NCBI GenBank assembly: GCA_023213395.1
Contig: CM041465.1
Location: forward strand, 132,005,741-132,069,740
From: Cycas panzhihuaensis
Taxonomy: Eukaryota > Plantae > Cycadophyta
DNA: 64,000 nt
Reading direction: 5' to 3'
The first letter of the stretch is position 1, and every line of letters begins with the position of its first letter. This document shows, in pieces, positions 28,311-41,050 of this stretch. The notes under the pieces are model-generated. The model was given only the letters and a program-made list of their open reading frames with translations. It did no database searches and was not told where the DNA came from. The position numbers were made by a program, and so were the translations under genes.

Positions 28311-29431
28311 ACAACAGTCAGCTTACTGATATTTGATTGCTGCCCTTTTGAGGAAGGGTACCTTCAAGTACTGCGTCTCTAACAGAAGAGAGGCAAAAGT
28401 CACAATGGACTGATGACTCCCAGATGAGGGCTTTGCCCATATATATATGCATAACTGGGTAGTAGCTGGCCTCTCTGGGAAATGGGAACACAGCATAGCA
28501 CATAGGGCTTGTTGTAAGCCTTGCAACCAATTAGTCAATATTAATAGGCTAGTTATCAATAGTCGTGACTTCTCATAAGGGGTGCCTCATTGGTATAAAT
28601 ACAACCCCGGAATCATGTAAAGATATCACATTTAATTCAATACAAAATAATATATTTCTTTAAGAAATTTATGAAACTTATTTGTTTATGTAGTGGATGC
28701 GAGATTTATTGCAAGTGGTATTGGAGCTGTTTTTGAGTTTCACAATCACTTCAATAATCCAATAATACCTACCTTAGATTTAGTCTGTGTCCTCTTGATA
28801 CTCAATCGTCCTCCTCTTGTATCACCTATTGTCTCTCATCCTCCTCTTTGCAACATCTAATTGTCTCTCTCTCTGCATCCTACTTAATTGCAGTCATTCT
28901 CCTCTTTGCATCATATCCCCTCTTCTTGTGCATGTCTTTCCTACATTAGTTTTGCATAGGCATATATATTGACCATGGCGTGGCATTTCATATATCTCTC
29001 GGCGCATACATAAATCTCATTTTGAATTGATTGTGGTGTTTCATCTCTGTGTGCATATTTATATTGGCACACTACATTTTTACCTTCATGTGAATTAACC
29101 TAACAACACAGTAAATATATATTGTTAAATTGCAACTGCCAATATACGTTGCAGTTGCCTCTGTGTCAACATATACTATTTGCAGCTACCATTATACATT
29201 GCACCAACCTGCAAATATATACCTGCTATATATATGCCTGCCAAAATAAGTTGAATCCAATAAATTGACCAATGACATGATATCATCACGACTGGTACTA
29301 ACCTTGACGCTGAGCCATAAAACGATCTACATATTATTCTGAGAGCAAGACCATTCCAAACATTCGACCTGCATACATATTATCCCAGTGGCAACTTCGC
29401 CTAGACAATACAATATATGCAGCGACCATTG

Positions 29432-32400
29432 TGTTGGAAAAAAGTGGATAGGAGGAGGACACATAACATAAAGCACATGAACAAAAGACAAGAGATGACA
29501 ATACGCTAATGAATCACAATTCCCTAACATTCTCATTCTAAAAATAATAGAGTATATCATATATAGATTACATATGTACTAAACATAGGAGTTCTAACCA
29601 AATCATAATGGTTAATTAATAACTCCCTCAAATTATGGTAGGTTATAAACTACCACATTTAATATTTCAACTATCTTTGACTTCTACTAATCACCATATT
29701 AAATGACTTTGACTAAGAATATTCTCTTACTAAAAATATTCCATGTAAGGAAATATTCTAATTACATGAGAAATGAACTTAAATGAACATGAAATGGGAA
29801 TGTACATTAGTTCCAACACCGTCCCATAATGTCAAGTTCATTTCCTCTCATAAACATTAGTGTCTAAAGTCTCTCAAATTTCTCACGACCCAAAGTCTAG
29901 GTGAGAATATTAACATCTTGATCTTTGAGGAACAATACATCAACTGAACTATGTTATACTCCATTTGCTGTCGAATAGAACAATGGTTAACTTCCACAAG
30001 CTTGATTCTATTATGGAAACCCAATTCTTTGATAGCTGGAAGGCACTTTGGTTGTCGTAGAACAACTGAACAAGTCAAAAGTGGTTAAGAAGTCCACTAA
30101 ATCTAAACGGCTTCAAGGATTGCTGTAACTGCTGCTTTGTATACCGTTTCTTACTGCTTTAAGAGATCAACCAAAACTAAGTGTCAATACACATCTTGTT
30201 GTTGATTAGGCTTTTACTGCTGCAAGAGATCAACCAGAACTAAGTGCCAAGACACATCCTATTGTTGATTAGGATCAACTAGAACTAAGTGTCAATGCAC
30301 ATCCTATTGTTGACTAGGCTTTTATTGCTACAAGAAATCAACCAGAACTAAGTGATAATACACATCCTATTGTTGATTATAATCAACTAAAACTAAGTGC
30401 TAATGCACATCCTATTGTTGATTAGGCTTTTACTATTGCAAGAGATCAACCAGAAGTAAGTGGTCAATGCACATCTTGTTGTTGATTAGGATCAACTAGA
30501 ACTAAGTGTCAATTAACATTTTATTGTTGATTAGGATCAATTAGAACTAAGTGTCAATATACATCTTGTTGTTGATTATGCCTTTGCAGTTGCCTGTACA
30601 AAGTCACCAAAGAGGAGTTCATCATTCTCATGCAGTACATGTAAGTTATGATCATCAATGCGTGAAACCATGCCCTTTATCCTACTTCTCCAAATGTCAC
30701 AATCTTGGCATACAATATCATGCTTGGTTATATGCATTATTGTTTTTGCCATGTAATTGTTGCTTCATAAAATTGTTAGGTGTTTTCTTTTATACACCAC
30801 AACATTGCTGCTATCATTACCATAACACAATAAGCTGTTCTTTTTATAGCAATAAGCTACCCTACTCAACAAATGGAAAAGAAGTTGAAGTAGTTTAATC
30901 TTGTTACAAAAGTATGATAGACCACATGCAGGTTGTTAAGAGTAATGTACCCTACAATTTTAGCAACACATTCCACTCTTGTCTCTTTTAGTGTTTGCAA
31001 ACGAAGAGAGATAGAGCATAGACATTTTACAAGAGTAAAGCAAGTATTAAGACTCTAACAAATCAATGAGAGTCTTCATGCATCATATGCAAGCATTTTT
31101 CTTTGAAGATGAGTAAATAACTCATCAATCATTGGTAGATTAATGATTGCCAGTGTTCTAGGTTCCTGTCTTGCCATCCTGTGCCGCTTCTGCAATGCCA
31201 TCAATTAGGTCTATTTTGGCTTATGTCTTCTTCTTCAACAACTTCCATAAGTTTTCGTAAAGTTGGAAAATGTCAAATTTCCACATCATATAAAACTTCC
31301 ATCTAGTCTTAGTGAATCTGGCAAGCTATTGCCAGTGATTCACAGACATCATATGAAGTTTGTAATGAAGGAAATTAAGGGTGCAAGTGTTTAAACCACC
31401 ACAAGTATGAATGTCACATATCACTCAGTGACTGCAAGGTGGATAACACTCAAAGAATACATATGAGGTTTAGGAAGACTCTAAATACACCATGAAATTT
31501 TCTCAAAAGAGGATGAGGTACTTGAGAAAAATCCTCTTGAAGTAGTACTCTTTAAATTATGCCAAGAGATACTTTAAAAAGAGGATAAAATATATTAAAA
31601 AATCCCCTTGAAGTACTCTTAAATTGAAGCCATAAAGAAATGCACTTAAAGAGGATTAATACTTAGTATTAATAATAGATTAAATCCTATTATTATATGA
31701 CCCTAGTTGATGAAATAATATTCCTCAAAGAAACTGTATTTGACTTTCTCTTCAAGTGCTAAATCAATACAAAAAAATATACTCTCAAAGAGATAAAGCT
31801 CCTAAAAAAATATTAAGATGATAAACTATGGAAGAAGTCAAATATCAAAGAAGGTATATTTGAGGAATCTGCTAATGTTTATGATCTGATGTTATGAACA
31901 TTAGCGTAGATATGTAATTTATTGAATATTCACGATGGTGTTCCGATGACGATCTAGAATTTTGTCTGGCGACAAGTCTTCAGTGGCGACTCAAAATTTC
32001 ATCTGCCAACAAGTCTTCAGCAGTGACTATTATCAGTGAACGACGATGGAGATAGATTGCAGGCAGTGGGGCCCGTCTAACAACTATGGCAGCAATCGTG
32101 TTCGATGAGCAACTTGTATTTCGTTTGGGCGATGGTGTCTTGCGAGTTGCTTCTTGAGCGGCGACGACTATATTGGTTGTTGTTTGTAGAGTGTCAGGAA
32201 AGACAGGGTGACTCTGAAATGAGCATACAGATGGAAGACATCTTTAATGGTGGTTGGTTCATTGCTTCCAGATAGTGGTGTACCTTATTGAGTGGCATTT
32301 GTCGTGTACCTACGGACAAAGAACGGGTAGCAAGCAAATGAGGGCCAACATCATTCACTCTATTACATGTTGCAATCCTCCGTTAATGGTCGATGGTCCT

Positions 32401-33026
32401 TATTACAGGTAGCAGGAAACATAATAGGTGCATAAACAAATGGACGGTCGAATATATTATTCACCTGAATGCTTTATTCACATCCATATCTCCTACAGAA
32501 TTGTGACAGTGGACATCGAGGATTCTCATGGTTGTAAGAAGGGAGCAATCTCTTTTTGAGACGAGACCTAGTATATAGACAGAATCACCACTAGCTTCAA
32601 GCATACAACTGTTAGAAACTTGGGTGCTTTGATACCATGTTGGAAAAATTGGATAGGAGGACACATAGCATAAAGCAAATGCACAAAAGACAAGAGATGA
32701 TAATATGCTAATGAATCGTAACTCTCCAACATTCTCATTCTAAAAATAATAGAGTACAGCATATATATAGATTACATATGTACGAAACATAGGACTTAGT
32801 TCTAACCAAATCATAATGGTTAATTAATTACTCCCTCAAATTATGGTAGGCTATAAACTACCACATTTAATATTTCAACTATCTTTGACTTCTACTAACC
32901 ACCATATTAAATGACTTTGACTATGAATATTCTCTTATCAAGGATATTCCATGTGAGGAAATATTCTAATTACATGAGAAATGAACTTAAATGAACATGA
33001 AATGGGAATGTACATTATTTCCAACA
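29432..33026 (-). mobile_element. Complete non-autonomous gag-only (TR-GAG-like) LTR element, 3.6 kb
   Basis: LTRs 29432-29818 / 32638-33026; perfect TSD CATTG; reverse PBS 32626-32637; frameshifted copia gag at about 31349-30950 (PDSLRLDGS..YMMWKF..LAIINLPMIDELFTHL); no pol. Confidence 0.88.
30165..30579. repeat. Tandem array of 8 units (45-bp core with optional 18-bp spacer)
   Basis: Units start at 30165, 30228, 30273, 30336, 30381, 30444, 30490, 30535; core gatcaacyagaactaagtgtcaatrcacatcytrttgttgattag. Confidence 0.95.
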
Positions 33027-33647
33027 CATTGCAATACTTAAAGCGACATTAATAAATCTTTGCAGAAAATATATATGAAGGTCAATGTAAGAATACACAA
33101 TACACGTAACATTAATACACCGTGGTGAAATAAATTATCAGATTGAAATATTCTTACATAGCATAGATCCTTCCCAGGATTAAATATATATGCATGGTGG
33201 CAAGTGGCATGCAACATCAATTAATAATTTGTATTAATACAATCTGCATAGGCGTGCAACGATACTAGCATAATTTATTTACAGCATAACCTAATCCATT
33301 GAGCTAGATTTCAACTTGTATATTCAGTGTGAGTCAATAATTCTATCACCACTTAAAATTGTATCAACTAGATTCAAACTCAAGTCTATGGTATGTACAT
33401 TGTTGCCTCTTACCGAGAAGTATTCCAATTACACATATATTGCCGTCACTTATCGAGAAGTATTCTAATTTTCCCTTAGTATAATCAGAGGTGGGTTTGC
33501 TAACCTATTTCTCATATCTGTGGCATCTCAAGAATGTTATGCCATCTTTTCAAATTTGAGATTATCGCTTTAACATAGTTCGACTGTGCCGAGTTGTAAA
33601 CATTAATGTGTGATACATCACACATATATGTGACATCTCATGTATAG

Positions 33648-33651
<4 letters not shown>

Positions 33652-33736
<85 letters not shown>
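33652..33736. repeat. (TA)n microsatellite
   Basis: Directly visible. Confidence 0.98.
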
Positions 33737-33738
<2 letters not shown>

Positions 33739-33750
33739 ACGTGCTTGCTC

Positions 33751-36700
33751 TGTAGCGGAAGCTTTTAACTTAATTCAGAAATAACACAAACAAAGATTCG
33801 CAGATACTGGTCTAATATAGATTTGAACAGATCTCTTCAATCTCAAATAATAATGAATATTGGAAATTCACCATAAAACACCGAAATAAAGTAATGGAAA
33901 TAGTACAAATAAAGGTAAATATATTATGCAAAATACAAACAAAATTTCCTTACTGAACGACTGCCCTTCGAGGCGGGAATCCTCCAAATATCTCAGGCCA
34001 AAAGGTCGAGCCAACTGCAGCCCTAGAGCCGAAAATGTAGAAGAGATCCAACCGAAGTGATGATACAAAATGAGGGCTTTGCTCCCTATTTATAATGGTC
34101 GATTATTATCTTGTCTGAAGTTGGCTAGAATTAAGACAGTTCACTGGGAGTGAACCATTAATGAAGTTGGCCAGAAAATTGGCTTACTGGTCGGCTAATA
34201 TTCCTGCGCTCATTTCTGGGTTTTAAGTCGGTTGACAGGCCCCTAAAGAGAGGGTTTTCCTGGAACGCAACAAGTCCCCCCCCCTGAAAACAGTGCTTTG
34301 CCCTCAAAGCATTGGTAGCTTTGGAAATTGCTGTATCCATTCGTCTGACTCCCATGTCGTGGCTTCTATATCCAATGTCTGCCATTTTATGAGGTACTCT
34401 TTGAGTTGTCTTGTTCGAAGTTGCCTGGTGTGAATTTGGAGTATCCCTTCTGGTTTTAGTATAATTTTTCCTTCTTCATTGAGTTCTGGCAAAGATGTTT
34501 GTGGTACTGTCTTATCGCCAATCTTTTTCTTCAGGCATGAAACATGAAAGGTATCATGGATCTTGCTTGTTGTCGGTAAATTAAGTTTGTAGGCTACTTC
34601 CCCGATTCTGTCAAGTATTTGATATGGTCCAAAATATCGGGGAGCAAGCTTTTGTGTCTTTGTTTTGTTCAATGACGTTTGTTTGTATGGTTGTAACCGG
34701 AGAAAAACCCAATCATCTTTCTGGAAGCTCCTTTACGATCATTCGCTCGCTTGCTGCTTTATTCTGTTCCTTGCCATTGCCAAATTGTCCTTAAGAATTC
34801 TAGCCGTGTCTTCCATTTGCTTTTGGTGTTCTTGGGCAGTTTGAACCTGGGATGATCCATTCCATGTCAATAGAGATGGCGGCTGGTATCCATAAAGAGC
34901 CTGGAATGGTGTCATCTTGGTAGAAGAGTGGTATGTTGTATTATACCACCACTCGGCTAGGTGCAGCCACTTGTGCCACTGATTTTGTTTATCTGAGCAG
35001 AAATTCCTCAAATAACCTTCTAGACATTTGTTGACTATCTCTATCTGTCCATCGGTTTGGGGACGATATGCTGTGCTCATGTGTAATTTTGTACCTGCAA
35101 TTCTAAATAAATCCTTTCAAAATTTACTGGTGAACTTTGGATCCCTATCACTAACAATAGTTTTAGGAAACCCATGTAGTCTATTGATTTCTTTCATGTA
35201 TAGTTCTGGTATGTCACTTGCCTTCGCTGTTGACTGTAGCCCTCGAAAATGGCTATACTTTGTTAATCTATTGACTGTGACAAAGATTGCATCTTTACCT
35301 TCTGATTTTAGGAGACCTGTAATAAAATCCATTGAAATTTCTTCCCATTTTTGGTTGGGAATTGGTAGGGGTTGTAGGAGACCTGGGGTCTTTACACATT
35401 CTACCTTATTTCGTTGACAAGTGTCACGTTCTGTCACGAATTTTTGAACGTCTGATTTCAAGCCCTTCCGAAACTACGACGCTTTTATCTTCCGATATGT
35501 CTTGTCTATACTGGTGTGGCCTGCTTTTGGGATCGAATGTGCTTCTTGCAATATAATTTCCTTTAATTTGGAATTTTTGGGAATATAGATTTTGCCGTTC
35601 CTTAGAATTAGATCGCCCTTTTGTTGGTATTTATCTGAATTGCTTCCCTTCATGTTATCTAGGAGTTTTTGGTATCTTGGATCTGCCATATATTCAGTTC
35701 TAATGGATTTTAACCATGAGGGCATAATTGTTGATATCAATTGTAATGAAGGACCTTCTTTCGCTTCATCTGGGATTCGTGATAATGCGTTTGCTATAAT
35801 ATTCTCTTTGCCTTTCTTGTATACTATTGTGAAATCAAAATTCTACAACTTATTGACCCATTTTTGTTGCTCATCGGACAATGTCTTACATGCGAGGAAG
35901 TATTTCAGACTATCATGATCAGTGCGCACTTGAAAGGAATTTCCCAATAGATATTGTCGCCATTGCTGGATGGCATGCATGATAGCGAGCATCTCCTTAT
36001 CATATATGGGTTTGAGTTTTTCTCTGTTATTTAACTTCTGACTCTCATAAGCTATTGGTCTTTCATCTTGGAGTAAGACTGCTCCTATTCCGAATCCCGA
36101 TGCATCACATTCCAATACAAATGGTTTCGAAAAATTAGGTGTTGTTAACACTGGAGCTGTTATCATGGCCTTCTTAAGATTACCAAAAGCTTCTTCTGCT
36201 TTCAGGTTCCAAGCAAATGCATCTTTCTTTGTTAAATCTGTGAGGGGTGCTGCTAGGTGTGCATAACCCTTTATAAACTTCCTAACAAATCCTGATGTCC
36301 CCAAGAATCCTCGAACTGTTGTAACACTTGTTGGGGTTGGCCAATTGACAATTGCTTGTATTTTCTTTGGATCAATCCTTATACCTTCTCTAGTTCTGAT
36401 ATGGCCTAAGTATTCTACTTCTTTCTTTGCAAACGAACATTTCTTCTTGTTGGCAAAGAATTGATTATCGCGCAAAATTCCGAAAACGATTTTCAGGTGT
36501 TCTAGATGCTCTTCCCATGTCTTACTATAGATTAAGATGTCATCAAAGAAAATTAACACGAATTTGCGTAGCACTGTCTGAAGGTATCGTTCATGGTGCT
36601 CTGAAATGTTGCCGGCGCATTGTTAATCCAAATGGCATTACCCTAAATTGAATAGGCCTTCATGTGTTACGAGCTGTCTTGTAGACGTCTTCTTCTCTTA

Positions 36701-39700
36701 TCCGGATTTGATGATATCCTGAGCGTAAATCAATTTTTGAAAAGTAGTTTGCTCCATGAATTTTGTCCAATAGATCGTCAATGTGGGGGATTGGGTACCT
36801 GTTCTTGACTGTTAATTGATTGAGACCTCGGTAGTCTACACACATTTTGTATGAACCATCCTTTTTTGCACTGATAACAACTGGGGCTGCGAATGGGCTT
36901 GTGCTAGGGGTAATACTCCCTTGGGATAGGAGTTCGCTTGTCATTTTCTCGATTTCTTTCCGTAAATGATACGGATGTCTATATGGTCGAACGTTGACTG
37001 GCGCTGCACCTGGTATAAGTTCAATTGCATGTTGATTTTATCGAAGAGGCGGTAGTCCTTTCAGTTCATCGAACACTGTCTTGTATTCTTCTATAATTTG
37101 TTGAATCTCTGGTGGAGTATCCTCGATTTCAACCTTATAGCATGTCATAATATATGCTGATGGGTTTTTCCTAAGGATCTTCTCCATTCGGTGTGATGAG
37201 ACTAGTTGTACTGGTGGCGTTGTCAATGCTTGCAATCGATACTTACGTCCTCCCTAGCGAAAGCACATAAATCTGGTCATATAATTAGTGACTATATTAC
37301 CCAGAGTTTGAAGCCACTGGATTCCCAATACTGCATCCACGCCACCAATTTTCATTGTAAACATGCATGTGTTTGTGCAATATTCACCTATCTGTAAATT
37401 AATTTTTTTGCAGAATCCTCCGCACGGTGCTGTTTTCCCATTTGCAATTGACACTTGGAATGTACTTATTGGTTCTATTTTAATTCCAAGCTTCTTTGTA
37501 GTTGCCCTATTTATAAAGTTGTGTGTACTACCACTATCGACTAGAATTGCGACAGGTGCCCCTTTTATCATCCCTTGGAATTGAAGTGTTTGTGGCGTAA
37601 CACTTTGTCCTGTAATTGCTTGGAGTGATATGTGTACATTTTCTGTATCTAGCTCCAATAGTTCGTCTACTTGACTTCCTCCGCTTTTCTTCAACTTCTT
37701 CATGAATTTCCTGGGTGCTTCTTCCTCCTCCGATATTATTGTATCTTGATTATTAATCATATATACCTTCTTAAGCACATTGATGTTCGCGATTCCATTT
37801 CGCACCGCATTTGAAACAAGTTCCTTTCCTCATGTGTTCTTCCTTTGTTGTTGTCTCTTAATTATTTCTAATTGCTAATGGAGCCTCCGCTTTAGTTCCT
37901 GACCTATTCCAGTTTGGGTTAAATCCTTGTGAGCTTTCTGTTCTGCGTGTGAATGTAGGTCTGGTTTCCATGATTCTTCCACGCATCTTGTTGTTTTGAT
38001 TGCTGAATCCAATGTTGGTACCTCCATTGCTTTTAGACGATATCTTATTAGAGGTTTCAATCCGCTAATGTATGTTTCCAGAAGGAGTTCTGGTGGCACG
38101 ATTGTCGAATTAGACATTGTAACACTTGAAATTGTTCGGTGAACTCTTGGGCTGAGCTAGTTTCTTTGTAATCTTGTCAATCGGGCGTAGTGCAGACTCC
38201 ATGAGTCTTCATATTGGGTTATGAGTCCATGCTTCATGTTACGCGACTTCACTGTTTCCCACTGGTTCGAAGCCACCATGAATATCATTTCAAGGCTCGA
38301 CTGTACAAATGTAATGATGCCAAAGATACTTGCTCGTGTTCTGGTATCGTGTACATTGAGAAATAGGTTTCCATCTGTAGGATCCATCCTCTTATATCCC
38401 TCGATTTATCGGGGTCAAATTTCTCTAAGGTGATCTTTGCCATTGTCACCCCTTCGTTACTCTTGCAGTTTCTTCTTTGATATTCTCCTCCTGTTTTAAA
38501 TCTTCCTTCGAAATTACTTGTATTTCCTTGTTCTATTTCCCTTTCTTGTTTGGCCCATATTGGTTCTGCTTGTGGCCCGTCCAATTTTATGTTGATTTTA
38601 TGCATGAGGTTTGAGAGGCCTGCTAACGAGGCTAGGATTTCCTTTCCTACTTCGTCTGAGGTGATATGTTCCTGACTGGATTGGCCTTGGCCAATCGACA
38701 TCTTCTTTTGTTGTATAACCTTCTTAGAGCGTAACTTCGTTTGGGCTCTTCTAAAAAATCCATGGGCAGGAGGGTGGGGAAAATTTTCACTTCCTTCTCG
38801 CAAAAAATTTCACCTTTCTGATGGTCATTAGACCGTATTGATCCCCTTAGAAAAAGTCGACTATATTCTCTGGAGACACTTTTCACAGGATAGCTTCAAC
38901 GAAGCTCGATACCACTTGTAGTCAAGCTTTTAACTTAATTCGGAAATAACACAAAGATTCGCAGATCATCGGTCTAATATAGATTTGAACAGATCTCTTC
39001 AATCTCAAATAATAATGAATATTGAAAATTCACCATAAAACACCGAAATAAAGTAATAGAAATAGTACAAATAAAGGTAAATATATTATGCAAAATACAA
39101 ACAAAATATCCTTCTTGAGCATCGCCTTCGAGGCGGGAATCCTCCAAATATCTCAGGCCAAAAGGCCGAGCCAACTTCAGCCCTAGAGCCGAAAATGTAG
39201 AAGAGATCCAACCGAAGTGATGATACAAAATGAGGGCTTTGCTCCCTATTTATAATGGTCGATTATTATCTTGTAATTTCACCTTTCTGATGGTTGTTAG
39301 ACTGTATTGATCCCCTTCCGAAAAAAAGTCGACTATATTCTCTGGAGACACTTTTCCACAGGATAGCTTCAACGAAGCTCTGATACCACTTGTAGCAGAA
39401 GCTTTTAACTTAATTCAGAAATAACACAAAGATTCTGCAGATACTGGTCTAATATAGATTTGAACAGATCTCTTCAATCTCAAATAATAATGAATATTGG
39501 AAATTCACCATAAAACACCGAAATAAAGTAATGGAAATAGTACAAATAAAGGTAAATATATTATGCAAAATACAAATAAAATATCCTTACTAAATGACTA
39601 CTCTTCGAGGTGGGAATCCTCCAAATATCTCAGGCCAAAAGGCCGAGCCAACTGCAGCCCTAGAGTCGAAAATGTAGAAGAGATCCAACCGAAGTGATGA

Positions 39701-39909
39701 TACAAAATGAGGGATTTGCTCCCTATTTATAATGGTCAATTATTATCTTGTCTGAAGTTGGCCAGAATTAAGACAGTTCACTGGGAGTGAACCATTAATG
39801 AAGTCGCCCAGAAAATTGGCTTACTGGTCGGCTAATATTCCTGCGCTCATTTCTGGGGTTTAAGTCGGTTGACAGGCCCCTAAAGAGAGGGTTTTGCTGG
39901 AACGCAACA
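33751..39909 (-). mobile_element. Near-complete chromodomain Ty3/gypsy element (chromovirus, Reina/Tekay-like)
   Basis: LTRs 33751-34272 / 39391-39909; perfect TSD TGCTC; reverse PBS 39377-39388; reverse PPT about 34276-34284; gag, protease (LVDSGSTHNF), RT (FFDD), RNaseH (ECDAS), INT, GPY, chromodomain (EYLIKW..ATTWE). Confidence 0.95.
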
Positions 39910-40006
39910 TGCTCTCTCTATATTGAGTTATTCATTAACATTACTAAAAGAAATATATGTGCAACTACTATTGATCTTTTGAGTTGGAGTCATTAACCTA
40001 CATATG

Positions 40007-40311
40007 TGTTGGAATTAATGTTCATATGAGGACGAAATGAGGTGTGAGTCATCAAGGTTGATGACATGTGTCATAAGAGTTACTAAAGTCCTAAATAGAC
40101 TTGTGACAAGTGTCAGGGCAGTTACAGATTATTTTATGGACTGTTACTAGTCCCAAGTGTATATTAAGGATGTAGTATTTGTATTGTAAACAATGATTTG
40201 GAGATCATTATCAATGAATGGGAAATTTAGCTTGTAGGTAGACGAATTCTACCCAGTTTCTATCCATGTGTTTTTTGATGTATTGTTGTGTGTATGTTTA
40301 TTGGTTCTAAT
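40007..40311 (+). mobile_element. Probable solo LTR
   Basis: Starts TGTTGG, has gacatgtgtc palindrome, TATA-like tract and a GT-rich U5-like end; no TSD confirmed. Confidence 0.4.
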
Positions 40312-41050
40312 TAATCGATCCCATAATTCACATCCAGGTTCTTTGCAGGCTGTTAATTAATTTTTTAACTTGTGAAGTTGGAGCCAATGTAGGTTTGTTT
40401 ATAAATTTCTTCCAATTTTGTTAGTCTTGTTGTGAGAAAAGCTACTAAAGATTTTAGCTTGCCATTTGTTTACAACCACGGGTTTTGTAGTAAGATTGCT
40501 CTTCATTTCAACTGAAAAATTGACGTTTTGCAATGATCATCCTCTCTTCTTCACATCTCCCTTTAGAGAAATAGATAATAGTTATTATAGGTGGTCATGC
40601 CACTGAAGAGAGTGAGCTCGGTGACCCCATTTGAGAAATACATACAAATCCTAACAGTGGATAACTATGGATTTTGGTTCATGGGCATTGTGAATTACAA
40701 AAGCTTTCTGGTTGTGGCTGATGAATTGGATGCAAGGGCATCAGTGGAGACTTAAAGTTCTCTTAAATCATTCTTTCTAGACGTGCAAATTTCGGACCTT
40801 TTAGGCCAAGAAACAACTCTTTCAGTTACCCTATGGCATGTTAGGGATTTTGCACAACGAACTTTCTTTGACATCTTGAAGGCTTAGGGAGACAAGCTAT
40901 TGAGATACCCTTCTCTAGTTCCAATTGATCTTTCTCCACCCCTAGGGAAGGAGTTTCAGTCTTACATGAATTGATCGATACCTATGATAGCATGTTGGTT
41001 CTTGCATCATGAAAGAAACTTGATTTTGATCCAATTATATCTGTTGTATT

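Larger units (their letters stand above)
28513..33640 (+). mobile_element. Old non-coding LTR element (LTR 28513-28713 plus PBS) hosting the 29432-33026 insertion
   Basis: TG..CA with tataaata, then ag + tggtattggagc at 28716; no coding remnant recognised; 3' end not found. Confidence 0.5.

Noticed and set aside
30165-30579. CRISPR-like array
   Set aside because: Eukaryotic context, intervening sequences are homologous rather than unique spacers, no cas genes
33868-34068. Repeated hydrophobic ORF (also 38974-39228; similarly 29327-29560 / 32568-32762)
   Set aside because: Lies in LTR copies; repetition reflects LTR duplication, not coding evidence
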